From: Bdellovibrionota bacterium
Lineage (GTDB): Bacteria; Bdellovibrionota_C; UBA2361; JBGSMV01
Direction: 5' to 3'
DNA: 64,000 bases
Assembly (NCBI GenBank): GCA_041739995.1
Contig: JBGSMV010000061.1
Location: 1 to 64,000, forward strand
The first letter of the stretch is position 1; the number at the start of each line of letters is the position of its first letter. The notes below the pieces were generated by a model. The model was not told where the DNA came from, searched no databases, and saw only the letters and a program-made list of their open reading frames with translations. A program made the position numbers and the translations under genes. Below, piece by piece: positions 49,545 to 58,602 of this stretch.

Positions 49545-49715
49545 AACGTGGACGTGGAAGGAACCAATTCGAACCAGGGGCGGACAACTCGACTTCGCTC
49601 CTGATGGAGCTACGTCGGAGTCTAGCCTTCGCCGGAGGCTTGCCCGGACGAAGCCCTCTCGAATAATCGAATCACCATCGCCACTTGCAGGCGAAGTCTG
49701 GACCTAGCGGGAACG
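49545..49715. repeat. Structured REP/att-like intergenic element
   Basis: Hairpin CGACTTCGCTCC-TGAT-GGAGCTACGTCG; GAACCAATTCGAAC (49561-49574) is the reverse complement of 46427-46440. Confidence 0.5.
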
Positions 49716-49724
49716 GGGGCCTAC

Positions 49725-50165
49725 CTAAGAGCGGGGCATAGACGCTTCGTCCCTAAGGTTTCTGGCACAATGGTGATTATAAATCGTTACGCAAAGTGGG
49801 TGTGCGGATGGGGATACGAGCTGAACCGCGGTTAAAAGCTCGGGGTCCTTAACTAGCGCATCAGCAATCAATGCCTGCGCAGCGATTGGGTTCCAACTCC
49901 CATCCTGGGATTGAACTATTCGAGCCAACACGGCCGTAGCTTCGGCCCTTGCCAGTAAATCTGGTTGGCTAATGAAGCTGGTCTCCAGGTCAACTAGCAG
50001 GCGCCTGTCCCGCTCACCGAGTCTTGAAACGCTGTTCTCGTCGGTGATTGCGAGACGGTGTAGTTCTAGAAGTGAACCCCCTTCCGTCGTTTCAATACGG
50101 TCCGGAGGTCTTAAATCTTCGTGGTAGGGAGCTTCGTCGGGAGTGGGAAGAGGGGCGAATGTCAT
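49725..50165 (-). CDS. Hypothetical protein
   Basis: ATG at 50165, Pro-rich N-terminus, no motif. Confidence 0.5.
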   Translation of the reverse strand: MTFAPLPTPDEAPYHEDLRPPDRIETTEGGSLLELHRLAITDENSVSRLGERDRRLLVDLETSFISQPDLLARAEATAVLARIVQSQDGSWNPIAAQALIADALVKDPELLTAVQLVSPSAHPLCVTIYNHHCARNLRDEASMPRS

Positions 50166-50442
50166 ATGCCGTACTGCTAACAAAACCCTCACACTTAATC
50201 AAATGGAATTAACATATCAGTAGGTTAGCAGGGTATTCGTTTAAATTGATTAGCGAGTCAATCGCGTTCACTCTTAAGTGATTCGTGCGCGTCGAGTAGA
50301 GGCGCTCCTATGCGGTATTTATCCAAGGGCTTCTACTCGACGCGTCGGGAGATGGGTTTTGTTTGGAGGAGCTTCGTGCTCTCTCCTACCCGTAAGCTTC
50401 GCGCGTCCCTATGTGCCACAGAGAGTGGCGAGGAAGGGGTTC

Positions 50443-50859
50443 ATGATGAACCGTACCTATGGATCGATGCGGCTCAGTTCGGGGGAGGTTTTGTCTCAGG
50501 CCATGGCTTTTAGCCGAAGAGTGGCTACTGGCTCGCTGGCGCGACCGCTGCGCACCGACGAAAGGCAGGTGTTGGCGGCGCTCGAGTACTTTGTTGCTAC
50601 TCGGGGTGGAGAGGTGCGCGATCAGATTCCGATTGGGTTTGTTCGCTGTGTGTTCTCTTCGGGTCCTTCCGCTCGCTGGTGGAAAGACTCCTGCCCTGAG
50701 CCGCTTCCGTTCCGTCTTTCAGACAATCCAGGCCTCCGCAATTCGGCGGCCAGCGCATTGTCTGAGGGGCAGTTCGAAGAGGTCGGCGAAGAGTTCATAC
50801 GGTACTCGGTTGGACTCGCGGTGCTGGACGTCGCCGATCGATTTCGTGTGGCGTGCTGA
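50443..50859 (+). CDS. Hypothetical protein
   Basis: ATG after GGAAGGGG; no motif. Confidence 0.35.
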   Translation: MMNRTYGSMRLSSGEVLSQAMAFSRRVATGSLARPLRTDERQVLAALEYFVATRGGEVRDQIPIGFVRCVFSSGPSARWWKDSCPEPLPFRLSDNPGLRNSAASALSEGQFEEVGEEFIRYSVGLAVLDVADRFRVAC

Positions 50860-51096
50860 GTGACTGTGAAGAGTGGAGTAACCCAGGTGCGAGTGAGACA
50901 AAGCGGAGCTTTGTATCCTCGCACCTGGTGTTTTGGTTTGTATTCCCGACGCGTTGATCCCTCTATCTTACAATCTTCAATGAGCATCACGGGCCATTAA
51001 GAACCTTATGTGACTATCCGCGGGTGTGAATTGTCGCGCTCTTTGGTGCCAATTAAGCACTTGAATCTCCGTCGAGAGATGATTATCCATTCCCCT

Positions 51097-51384
51097 ATGA
51101 CTGAGTATTTCATGCCATATGCCGGTGAAGCGCCGGCGACCGTATTGATAAACGGCCATCGAGTGGTATTGGTCACCCGCGACTCCGATCAGCTCGAATC
51201 TGACCTCGAGTCTGTGGGCGGTGATCGTGTATGTGCCATAGACGAGACTGAATTTGACAGCGAGGAACAACTTTTGACCTACTTCGCACAGACTACCAAC
51301 GCCCATGTAGTGATGACGCCATCGGAAGTCTCGCTTTCGGTAGTGCTTGAGGGGCTTGAGCGTGAGTTGCCCTGGATTCAATAG
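51097..51384 (+). CDS. Hypothetical acidic protein
   Basis: ATG at 51097; protein-like composition ending LPWIQ. Confidence 0.6.
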   Translation: MTEYFMPYAGEAPATVLINGHRVVLVTRDSDQLESDLESVGGDRVCAIDETEFDSEEQLLTYFAQTTNAHVVMTPSEVSLSVVLEGLERELPWIQ

Positions 51385-51411
51385 TAAGACTTAGAGCTAC
51401 TCTTCTTGTCC

Positions 51412-53589
51412 TTAGTTATTATTGTGCGTGCGGGTACCGACTAACACCAGCTTCTGCCCCTGAGGTCCTTTCGGGCCGAGCGCGAGTTCTAACGGACCGA
51501 TGCCGAGTACCTTATCCTCAAGAGTAAAATTTACGGCTTCAGCGCTGAGATTGGCGAGTACCAGCGCGCCACTAAATTTCTGATCTTGGGTTGCCAGCGC
51601 ATCGGGGGGACTCAGAGCGAATCCTACCCAGGGCACCTCGAAAGCAGCTGTCGTGGTGGTTGAGCGGAGAGGGGTCATTCTAAGGTCATCACCGTACAAG
51701 GTTCGGAGTTTTCGGGCTTGTAGCAGCGAGAAGTGCACGTGCTCCCCAAACTCTGAGAAGATACCGCGCCAATCAATCGTGCTGGAATGTGCGAATGAAA
51801 TCATCTTTCCGTCTTCAGCGCAGGGCGACTTAAATTGCGCCTCCGTACCGGCGTATAAACAAAGCGGACCGGGCTGCAGAATAGTCAGAAACAGTGCGCC
51901 CCACACCCAGTCACCAAGTTCTCGCCACGGAGCGGGTCGATCGTGTTGTCCGACAAACGTGACGGTTCCAGCGCCTCCTCTTTGCCATTGAAGAAACTCC
52001 GCGCGCTGCAGGGCGAGGCCAATTCGCTCAGGATCTTGCGATTTGAGCGCTTGAAACCACCCCACATGTTCATGACCACCCCGCACTCGAATGTCGTCAA
52101 GGTTGTAGATCAAATCGATCCCAGCGGCTGAAAGGTGCTCAAATTCGACTGAGGTACCTCCTAGCACCTCTCCAAGTACCGCAACTGCCCGATTCTCTCG
52201 CTTCAGGTTCTCAGTGAGTTCGGCGAGGAATTCCTTGCTCGGAAGCTCGCAGGCAAGCTCATCACCCCAGCACGCGGAGAGGTTGGTGTGGAGAATATGG
52301 TGCGACATATCAATACGTAGGCCGTGGATGCCGTATTCGCGAACCAGATTCCGTGCCCAACCAATTACTCGTGAGCGAGTCTCGGGATTTGAGAGATCTA
52401 ATTGCAGAGTGTCAGAGAAGTAGTGTCGCCCAGAATAATCTTGGTAGCCTCCATGTCGAATCCAGAATCTTCCTTCTGTTGGGTGGTCAAGCTCATAATA
52501 GCCGGTGAGGTCGCTTGGTTCGTGACGCACATGCACATAAAGGGAAGGGTCTTCCCGCACAAGATCTGCATCTACTGAGGTGTGATTGGGGACAAATTCG
52601 AAGATTGTCCGAATGCCGTGGCGCTGGCCCGCGGCAATCACGCCCTTTACTTCCTCAAGTGATCCGAGTTCAGGATCGACTTCATAGCGGCGGATAGAAA
52701 AAGGGGACCCGCCTCCATCACCTTTGCAGTTCTCTTGCCCGCGTGGATAGGTGCCCATGACACGAAGAGCATTAAAGCCATAGTCCTTGAGCAATAGGAG
52801 ATCGCTTTCGGAGAGATCTCGAAACCATTGGGGCGAGCGGGCTTCATCACACTCCGAGGTCTCGGTTGCAAGCATCTCATCACCGTAGGCTGCTCTTCTT
52901 GCCGCCAGTGGTGTGGCAGAAGTGTAGGCATGATAGGCCCGCAGAGAGCGAGTCCATTGGGCTCCATCGTTCGCACGAAGTAACCCTTGCAGCTCGATTG
53001 TGGTCAATTCGGTGAGGTGCAGAAGCTGCCTAAGGCGCACATCATCTGGAGCTTTGCTGTCTTCTAGATCGCCTAAGGCGTGCAGAAGTGGGCGCAGCCA
53101 TGCAACAGGTCGCGCGAGATCACGTAGGTAATCTATATAGTGCGGAAGCAAAGCCTGGCTCGCTTCGTCACCATAACACTGCCGAAAGAACCGCTCTCCG
53201 AACACAAAGCCCTCAAGTCCTGGGTTGTTGGCTTGCATGACTGGGTTGCCTTGGAGACGAAATATATAGGGCAAGGTCTGGAGGCTGGAGCTTGCACGTG
53301 AATCTGCGGGCCCGTGGCCGATTGATAGGACTGTTCGAAGTTCGGCAAGCAAGGCCAGGGGAGCGGCGGCCTCAATCCAAGTGCTTTGTTGTGTCAGTAA
53401 TTCGGAAACCCTCGTGCCAGCAGGGTCTTTCGGGAATTGTAGGTTGTTAAACGCGAAGATTTGCGAAGCAGCGAAGCGTTGGAGCGCATCATTGGTTGAT
53501 GGTTGGGAGAGGCCCGAAACACCAGGGGGCACTGAGAGCGAAAGTCGCGGTCCTTGGTCAGATCCCTGATTATGGTAAATATCAGTCAT
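51412..53589 (-). CDS. GH13 alpha-amylase-family glycosidase with a long N-terminal extension
   Basis: GSPFSIRRYEVDPELG, EFVPNHT, GLRIDMSH (Asp), LGE (Glu), GQHD (Asp). Confidence 0.85.
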   Translation of the reverse strand: MTDIYHNQGSDQGPRLSLSVPPGVSGLSQPSTNDALQRFAASQIFAFNNLQFPKDPAGTRVSELLTQQSTWIEAAAPLALLAELRTVLSIGHGPADSRASSSLQTLPYIFRLQGNPVMQANNPGLEGFVFGERFFRQCYGDEASQALLPHYIDYLRDLARPVAWLRPLLHALGDLEDSKAPDDVRLRQLLHLTELTTIELQGLLRANDGAQWTRSLRAYHAYTSATPLAARRAAYGDEMLATETSECDEARSPQWFRDLSESDLLLLKDYGFNALRVMGTYPRGQENCKGDGGGSPFSIRRYEVDPELGSLEEVKGVIAAGQRHGIRTIFEFVPNHTSVDADLVREDPSLYVHVRHEPSDLTGYYELDHPTEGRFWIRHGGYQDYSGRHYFSDTLQLDLSNPETRSRVIGWARNLVREYGIHGLRIDMSHHILHTNLSACWGDELACELPSKEFLAELTENLKRENRAVAVLGEVLGGTSVEFEHLSAAGIDLIYNLDDIRVRGGHEHVGWFQALKSQDPERIGLALQRAEFLQWQRGGAGTVTFVGQHDRPAPWRELGDWVWGALFLTILQPGPLCLYAGTEAQFKSPCAEDGKMISFAHSSTIDWRGIFSEFGEHVHFSLLQARKLRTLYGDDLRMTPLRSTTTTAAFEVPWVGFALSPPDALATQDQKFSGALVLANLSAEAVNFTLEDKVLGIGPLELALGPKGPQGQKLVLVGTRTHNNN

Positions 53590-53887
53590 CTAGGGGTGCA
53601 TCAAAATAGGATAGAGTCACAGCCTCTATGAACGTAGCGAGCTCTCGCAATCTAACCAAGACGTAATCTATCAGACGGGAGGCCCAGACCGGGCACGCAG
53701 CTGGAAAGGGTATGCGAGAGCTTCTTTTTCGTTAGTAGCTCGTATCGATTGCCTTTTAGGCCCAGCTCGATAGTATCCGCTGCGATACCCAGCGCAGCGA
53801 GTGGCTGCGAGGTAAAGTGCTCCCCGGAGAACTTGGTGTCGAGTCTCCAGAGCATCACAAGAATATTTCAAAAGATCGGAGTTGATT

Positions 53888-54022
53888 ATGGGAAAAGGGG
53901 ACGGAAGATCTCGTAAGGGAAAAATCTTCAAGAAGAGCTTTGGAAAAACTAGACGGCCGGCAAAGAACCGAGCGGTTACTGCAGCCAAGGCTGCAGCCAG
54001 CACCGGAAAAAAATCTAAGTAA
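53888..54022 (+). CDS. thx: 30S ribosomal protein bTHX (bS31), 44 aa
   Basis: Translated by hand: MGKGDGRSRKGKIFKKSFGKTRRPAKNRAVTAAKAAASTGKKSK; matches the THX signature MGKGDxxxxxGKIxxxxxGKxR; GGAG RBS. Confidence 0.88.
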   Translation: MGKGDGRSRKGKIFKKSFGKTRRPAKNRAVTAAKAAASTGKKSK

Positions 54023-54073
54023 TAACCGATCGAACGCGGTAGCGGAAAACCCACCGAATAGGTCGCTGGGAAG

Positions 54074-55540
54074 TTATCCGAGGCGCAGTAGATCCGTGAG
54101 GGTAATAGCGAGCGCACGTAAGTGCAGCTGGTGCTGTTGTTCCGAGCCTGAAAATACTAATTCTGGAATCTCCAGATAGAGCACCCCTACGCGCTGAGAG
54201 TACCCAAACACCGCGCCAAGTAGGGCGATAGAACTTTCCTCCACGTGAATGCCTGTCTTGGAGATGGGCTCATCGCTCTTATAAGTCATTGCAACAAAGT
54301 CAGAGTTCTCAGAGAGCTCAAGCGAGACCGCTTCGAAGGCTCTAGCTTTGATCACTCCTATCTGCAACTGAGGAGTAAGTGAGAGCGTTGACGGGTCGAC
54401 GGTGTATACGGCACCGCCTGAAAATCCTGAGTTGGGAACTGTAACCTGCGAAAATTTTCGAAGCAGCGCCTGAGTCGACTGACCTTCTGCGAGACCATGA
54501 TACAGTTCCAATATGCGCTCTTGGACGTGCAATCGGCAGGCTTTAAGCAACGGATTGTGAGCACCCATCTGATCTTCGCGGTGTCGCGCAAGGAATGCTT
54601 CCGGGTCAAGAATCGTCCCACCTCGGAAGAATGAGGGCATGTCAACCATGAGGTGCTCAAAGCGATTCTCTATCGCTTCGCGAATAGTGGCGAGTCCCGC
54701 GGGCCCTAAGCGTTTGGTAATTTCTTGTCTCGCAAACTCCCAGTCTGCTTGAGCGGTAGGGTAGGTCGACGGTTCATTTGCCCGAGAAAGCGCTTCGCCG
54801 ACACGACACAATTCGCGAAGAGAATTTCCGAGTGCGTTGACCTCCATCTCCCGTTCAAGTTCTTCATGTTCATTGCCACCATCACTGAGCAAGGAGCAAA
54901 GCCCCGTCGGGAGTTCCCACTGTTTGGCAAGAGCTCCGGCCAGCGTGGCGGGAGAAAATCCTAAAATGTCCGATATGGCTTGATCGAGAGATGTTCCTTC
55001 CTTCGCCGCGCGAGTAGCGCGTTGGTAGACCCCTGGGTAGTTGAACGCAATCAGCGTAAGCCCAAGTTGGCGCAAGAGCCCTGCAAAAAATCCTAACTCT
55101 TTGTTTTCCAGCTGTGCCTCAGCGAGCGTGGCCGAAGCGCTGGCGCTTACCATGGCCTCTCTCATGCGGCTTAGTTGCTCGGTTTCGACGTTGTCGAGGC
55201 GATGAGCTGATAGCTTCTCTTCAGCGTCATTGAGAATTGCTTTTAGTCCGTCCACGCCGGCTTTCTCTAGAATCTCGCGAGGACTTGCAAAGTCAGGGAG
55301 GGCGATGCCTTCGGCGCTTACCATTCGCAGCACTTCTTTCATGGCGAACATAAACAGAGAGAAGTCTCCCTCGAGAATATCCAGCGCAGCATCGAGCGGA
55401 GCTTCACGGCTGTCGTCTGAAAGAACATCGCGAAGCTCTGAGAGCATGCGTGGGTTTGCAGGAAACCACAGGTCGCTGACATGACGGCAGGCGCGATCAA
55501 TACGCCGTGCAACGCCGGTTTGAGGAGTGATTTCCTTCAT
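54074..55540 (-). CDS. HDOD domain signalling protein with a C-terminal GAF-like region
   Basis: FFAGLLRQLG, ILGFSPATLAGALAKQWELP; GVLYLE at the C-terminus. Confidence 0.7.
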   Translation of the reverse strand: MKEITPQTGVARRIDRACRHVSDLWFPANPRMLSELRDVLSDDSREAPLDAALDILEGDFSLFMFAMKEVLRMVSAEGIALPDFASPREILEKAGVDGLKAILNDAEEKLSAHRLDNVETEQLSRMREAMVSASASATLAEAQLENKELGFFAGLLRQLGLTLIAFNYPGVYQRATRAAKEGTSLDQAISDILGFSPATLAGALAKQWELPTGLCSLLSDGGNEHEELEREMEVNALGNSLRELCRVGEALSRANEPSTYPTAQADWEFARQEITKRLGPAGLATIREAIENRFEHLMVDMPSFFRGGTILDPEAFLARHREDQMGAHNPLLKACRLHVQERILELYHGLAEGQSTQALLRKFSQVTVPNSGFSGGAVYTVDPSTLSLTPQLQIGVIKARAFEAVSLELSENSDFVAMTYKSDEPISKTGIHVEESSIALLGAVFGYSQRVGVLYLEIPELVFSGSEQQHQLHLRALAITLTDLLRLG

Positions 55541-55753
55541 ACATGAGTTCTCGGCACAATCGCGCTGGAGGTAAACATCATTCGCAATATGTAACTGTTT
55601 GAGATAACTTACTTTTAGTGATATCTGTGAACCATTTTCCGAAATTTGCTTAGATGTTACCCGCGCCCGTCTGAGAGCGCTCGCGGAGAATTTGCGAGGA
55701 CTCGGCTTTTATCTCAGTGTCGTTTTTTAAGGCCGTTTTTTAAGGAGTGTCGA

Positions 55754-56317
55754 GTGAAGATTAAGCTACGTTCATTTGGATTGGTTCTTTTGGGACTTTG
55801 CGTATTTTCGGGAGTTGTCTGCTCAGAAGTTGCCTGGAGTGACTCTCGCGAGGTCAGAGATCAGATTTTCGAGGCCATTGAGCACGAGGCGGACTTCGGA
55901 GCTTACGAGCTTGAGGTGGAAGTTAGGCAGGGAAACGTTATCCTCCTCGGTACGGTGGCTTCGGATGAAGCGCGTAATCGGCTCGAGAAAATTTCAGTAA
56001 ATATTCCCGGAGTAAAGTCGGTCTCTAATCAAGTGCAAGTGAATTCAAACTTGAATCTTCACTCGGGACCTTCTTCGATGGAGTTGGCAGAGCGGGTGCG
56101 TGAGCGTGTTCTTGCGGAACAGAAGCTCTCGTCTTTTGAGCTGAGTGTTAACGCCAAGGGAGATCGTATTACCTTGAGTGGCTCAGTTGGAAGTAGCGAA
56201 GATGCGGCGCTGATCGCGCGCATCGCGGCCTCCGTCCCTGGTGTGAGTGACGTCTCCAATAAGTTGGTGGTATCGGGTAATCTGCGCGGCTCCACTAAGA
56301 CGAGCGGTTCGGATTAG
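55754..56317 (+). CDS. Dual BON domain (OsmY-like) protein
   Basis: AAGGAG then GTG at 55754; signal peptide; two G.V.L.G.V...PGV..VSN.L motifs. Confidence 0.88.
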   Translation: MKIKLRSFGLVLLGLCVFSGVVCSEVAWSDSREVRDQIFEAIEHEADFGAYELEVEVRQGNVILLGTVASDEARNRLEKISVNIPGVKSVSNQVQVNSNLNLHSGPSSMELAERVRERVLAEQKLSSFELSVNAKGDRITLSGSVGSSEDAALIARIAASVPGVSDVSNKLVVSGNLRGSTKTSGSD

Positions 56318-56384
56318 GCCTTGAGCGAATTATGGAGGCGCTTGGGAGAGAAGTGTCTAATTTCATTTTGCGGACATATCACTG

Positions 56385-57374
56385 ATGCGAATTCTTGTTA
56401 CAGGTGGGGCCGGGTACATCGGTAGTCATACGGTGCGTGTTCTGTGCAACCGAGGACATCAAGTAACCGTGCTTGATAATCTAAGTGCTGGACATAAGGC
56501 TGCGGTTGACCCGCGCGCTACTTTCGTGAAAGCAGACATTGCGGAGCGCGAAAAGGTATCTGCACTGCTGACGAAGTCTCAAATTGAAGGGGTAATTCAT
56601 TTTGCGGCCTCGCTTAGTGTGGCCGAATCGGTGCGCGATCCACTTAAGTACTGGAGAAATAACGTGGCAGGTACTGTGGAGCTGCTTGCTGCCATGGGTG
56701 ACGCATCAGTTAAGCGCCTGGTTTTCTCTTCGACAGCGGCCACCTATGGCACGCCTGACGTACCCAGTATTTCCGAGGAGACCCCACAGTCTCCGATCAA
56801 TCCTTATGGACACTCAAAGCTTGCGATGGAGCGATCGATTCAAGATACGGTTATCGCGCATCAGCTCGGAGCTATATCTTTGCGCTATTTCAATGCGGCG
56901 GGTGCCGCGGCTGACGGTTCTCTCGGAGAAGATCATCGGCCTGAAGAGCACCTTATTCCAGTGATATTGGAAGTAGCTCTTAAGAAGCGAGAGCATATCA
57001 AAATCTTCGGCACCGATTTTCCTACCGCTGACGGTACCTGTGTGCGCGATTTTATTCACGTTGATGATCTTGCTGAGGCGCACGTGCTTGCGCTTGAGGC
57101 CACCTCGCCTGGGAAATATAGAGCTTACAATGTGGCCACGGGGATTGGACACTCGGTTCGTGAGGTCATCGAAGAGGCTCGTCGCGTGACGGGGCTTCCT
57201 ATTGCCAGCATCGATGCGCCGCGCAGGGAAGGAGATCCTCCGGTGCTGGTTGCGAATTCGCAGAGGTTGATGAGCGAGCTGGGGTGGAAGCCGCAATTGG
57301 CTGAGCTTTCGCACATTATAGAAACTGCGTGGCGTTGGATGCAGCAGCATCCTCAGGGATACGAGCCCACTTAG
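56385..57374 (+). CDS. galE: UDP-glucose 4-epimerase
   Basis: TGGAGYIGSH, FSSTAATYG, YGHSK, LRYFNAAGA, DGTCVRDFIHV. Confidence 0.95.
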   Translation: MRILVTGGAGYIGSHTVRVLCNRGHQVTVLDNLSAGHKAAVDPRATFVKADIAEREKVSALLTKSQIEGVIHFAASLSVAESVRDPLKYWRNNVAGTVELLAAMGDASVKRLVFSSTAATYGTPDVPSISEETPQSPINPYGHSKLAMERSIQDTVIAHQLGAISLRYFNAAGAAADGSLGEDHRPEEHLIPVILEVALKKREHIKIFGTDFPTADGTCVRDFIHVDDLAEAHVLALEATSPGKYRAYNVATGIGHSVREVIEEARRVTGLPIASIDAPRREGDPPVLVANSQRLMSELGWKPQLAELSHIIETAWRWMQQHPQGYEPT

Positions 57375-57389
57375 TGTCCTGAATGATGA

Positions 57390-57492
57390 GTTCGATGACT
57401 AAATCTCGCTGCGCTCGCTGATCTCTTTGTGAATATTTAATTTGACAATGAGTTCAGCGAGAATGGCGAGATGGATGCTCAAATGAGCTTCC
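57390..57492 (+). repeat. Dispersed intergenic repeat family B, copy 3 (more diverged)
   Basis: CTCGCTG...TGTGAATATTTAA...ACAATGAG..CAGCGAGAAT..CGAGA...CTCAAATGA aligns to copy 1. Confidence 0.75.
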
Positions 57493-57526
57493 CAGGATAT
57501 TAGATTAGCTTTTAAGAAGTGGTGGT

Positions 57527-58426
57527 ATGGCGGACTTGCTGTGGGGGATTGACCTCGGCGGAACCAAGATAGAAGGAGTAGTGACCTCCCGTGAATCACC
57601 CACCAGTCCTCTTGTGCGGCTGCGGGTTCCGACCGAATCAGATCGCGGTTATCAGCATGTACTCTCGCAAGTTCGTGGCTTGCTGGAGTCCATGGCCCAA
57701 GCTGTTGGTAGTCGACCAAAAGTAGTGGGTTTTGGTACTCCAGGAACAGTCGACCCTCAGAGTAAAACCTTAAAGAACTCAAATACACTTTGCTTGAATA
57801 AGATGCCGCTCGGCGCCGATCTCTCCACCGCACTTGGTGTGGACGTGCGAATTTCAAACGACGCGAACTGTTTTGCTCTGGCCGAGGCGCAGTGGGGAGC
57901 CGGGAAGGGCGCGCAGGTGGTGTTTGGAGTCATTCTTGGCACCGGGGTCGGAGGGGGAATCGTCGTCGACGGCCGTGTGTGGGGAGGGGCTCAAGGTAAC
58001 GGCGGAGAGTGGGGGCACAATGTGCTTATCGAAGGGGGAACTCCCTGTTACTGCGGGAAGGCAGGATGCGTGGAAGGCGTTATTTCTGGTCCGGCCTTGG
58101 AGACCTGGTATGCGGAGCGTTCGGGAGAACGACGATCGCTTAACGAGATCTTTCAGAGAGCGGAGGAGGGAAGCGACGCGGCGGCTCAGCAGACGCGGCA
58201 GCGTCTATGTAGTGAGTTTGGGCGCGCTATATCTGTGGTAATCAATATTCTTGATCCCGAAGTAATTGTGCTTGGCGGCGGAGTAAGTCGAGTGAGTGAT
58301 TTATACGTGGCTGGAATTGAGTCCGCAAAGAAGTACGTGTTCAATGATCGCTTTGATACAAAAATCGTACAGCACGAACTGGGCGACAGTGCTGGGGTGT
58401 ATGGTGCGGCGGCGCTTTCGCAGTAG
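57527..58426 (+). CDS. ROK-family sugar kinase
   Basis: GIDLGGTK, NDANCFALAE, GTGVGGG, GEWGH, CYCGKAGCVE. Confidence 0.92.
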   Translation: MADLLWGIDLGGTKIEGVVTSRESPTSPLVRLRVPTESDRGYQHVLSQVRGLLESMAQAVGSRPKVVGFGTPGTVDPQSKTLKNSNTLCLNKMPLGADLSTALGVDVRISNDANCFALAEAQWGAGKGAQVVFGVILGTGVGGGIVVDGRVWGGAQGNGGEWGHNVLIEGGTPCYCGKAGCVEGVISGPALETWYAERSGERRSLNEIFQRAEEGSDAAAQQTRQRLCSEFGRAISVVINILDPEVIVLGGGVSRVSDLYVAGIESAKKYVFNDRFDTKIVQHELGDSAGVYGAAALSQ

Positions 58427-58602
58427 GGCACTCAATCGGCGCAGGCAATCGCTAACTTACTGTAATTCATTGCAATTATGGCACGCGCGCGACGAAACCA
58501 CAGAACCATAGTGGCGAGAAATGCTGTTTTGAATTACGGAGTCAGGACAGGTAGGCTGCACCGCACCTTCAGCCTGAGGGCGTTTTGTAGTTGTTGTATC
58601 TT

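Noticed and set aside
46323..49715. Classical integrase-driven island in ssrA
   Set aside because: No integrase is present, and the tmRNA-like fragment is inverted and mismatched rather than a direct repeat
53671..54117. 148-aa minus-strand ORF
   Set aside because: Antisense shadow of the thx gene, which has an RBS and a family signature
58479..58495. Sigma54 promoter TGGCACG upstream of the large hypothetical gene
   Set aside because: No TTGC at the -12 position
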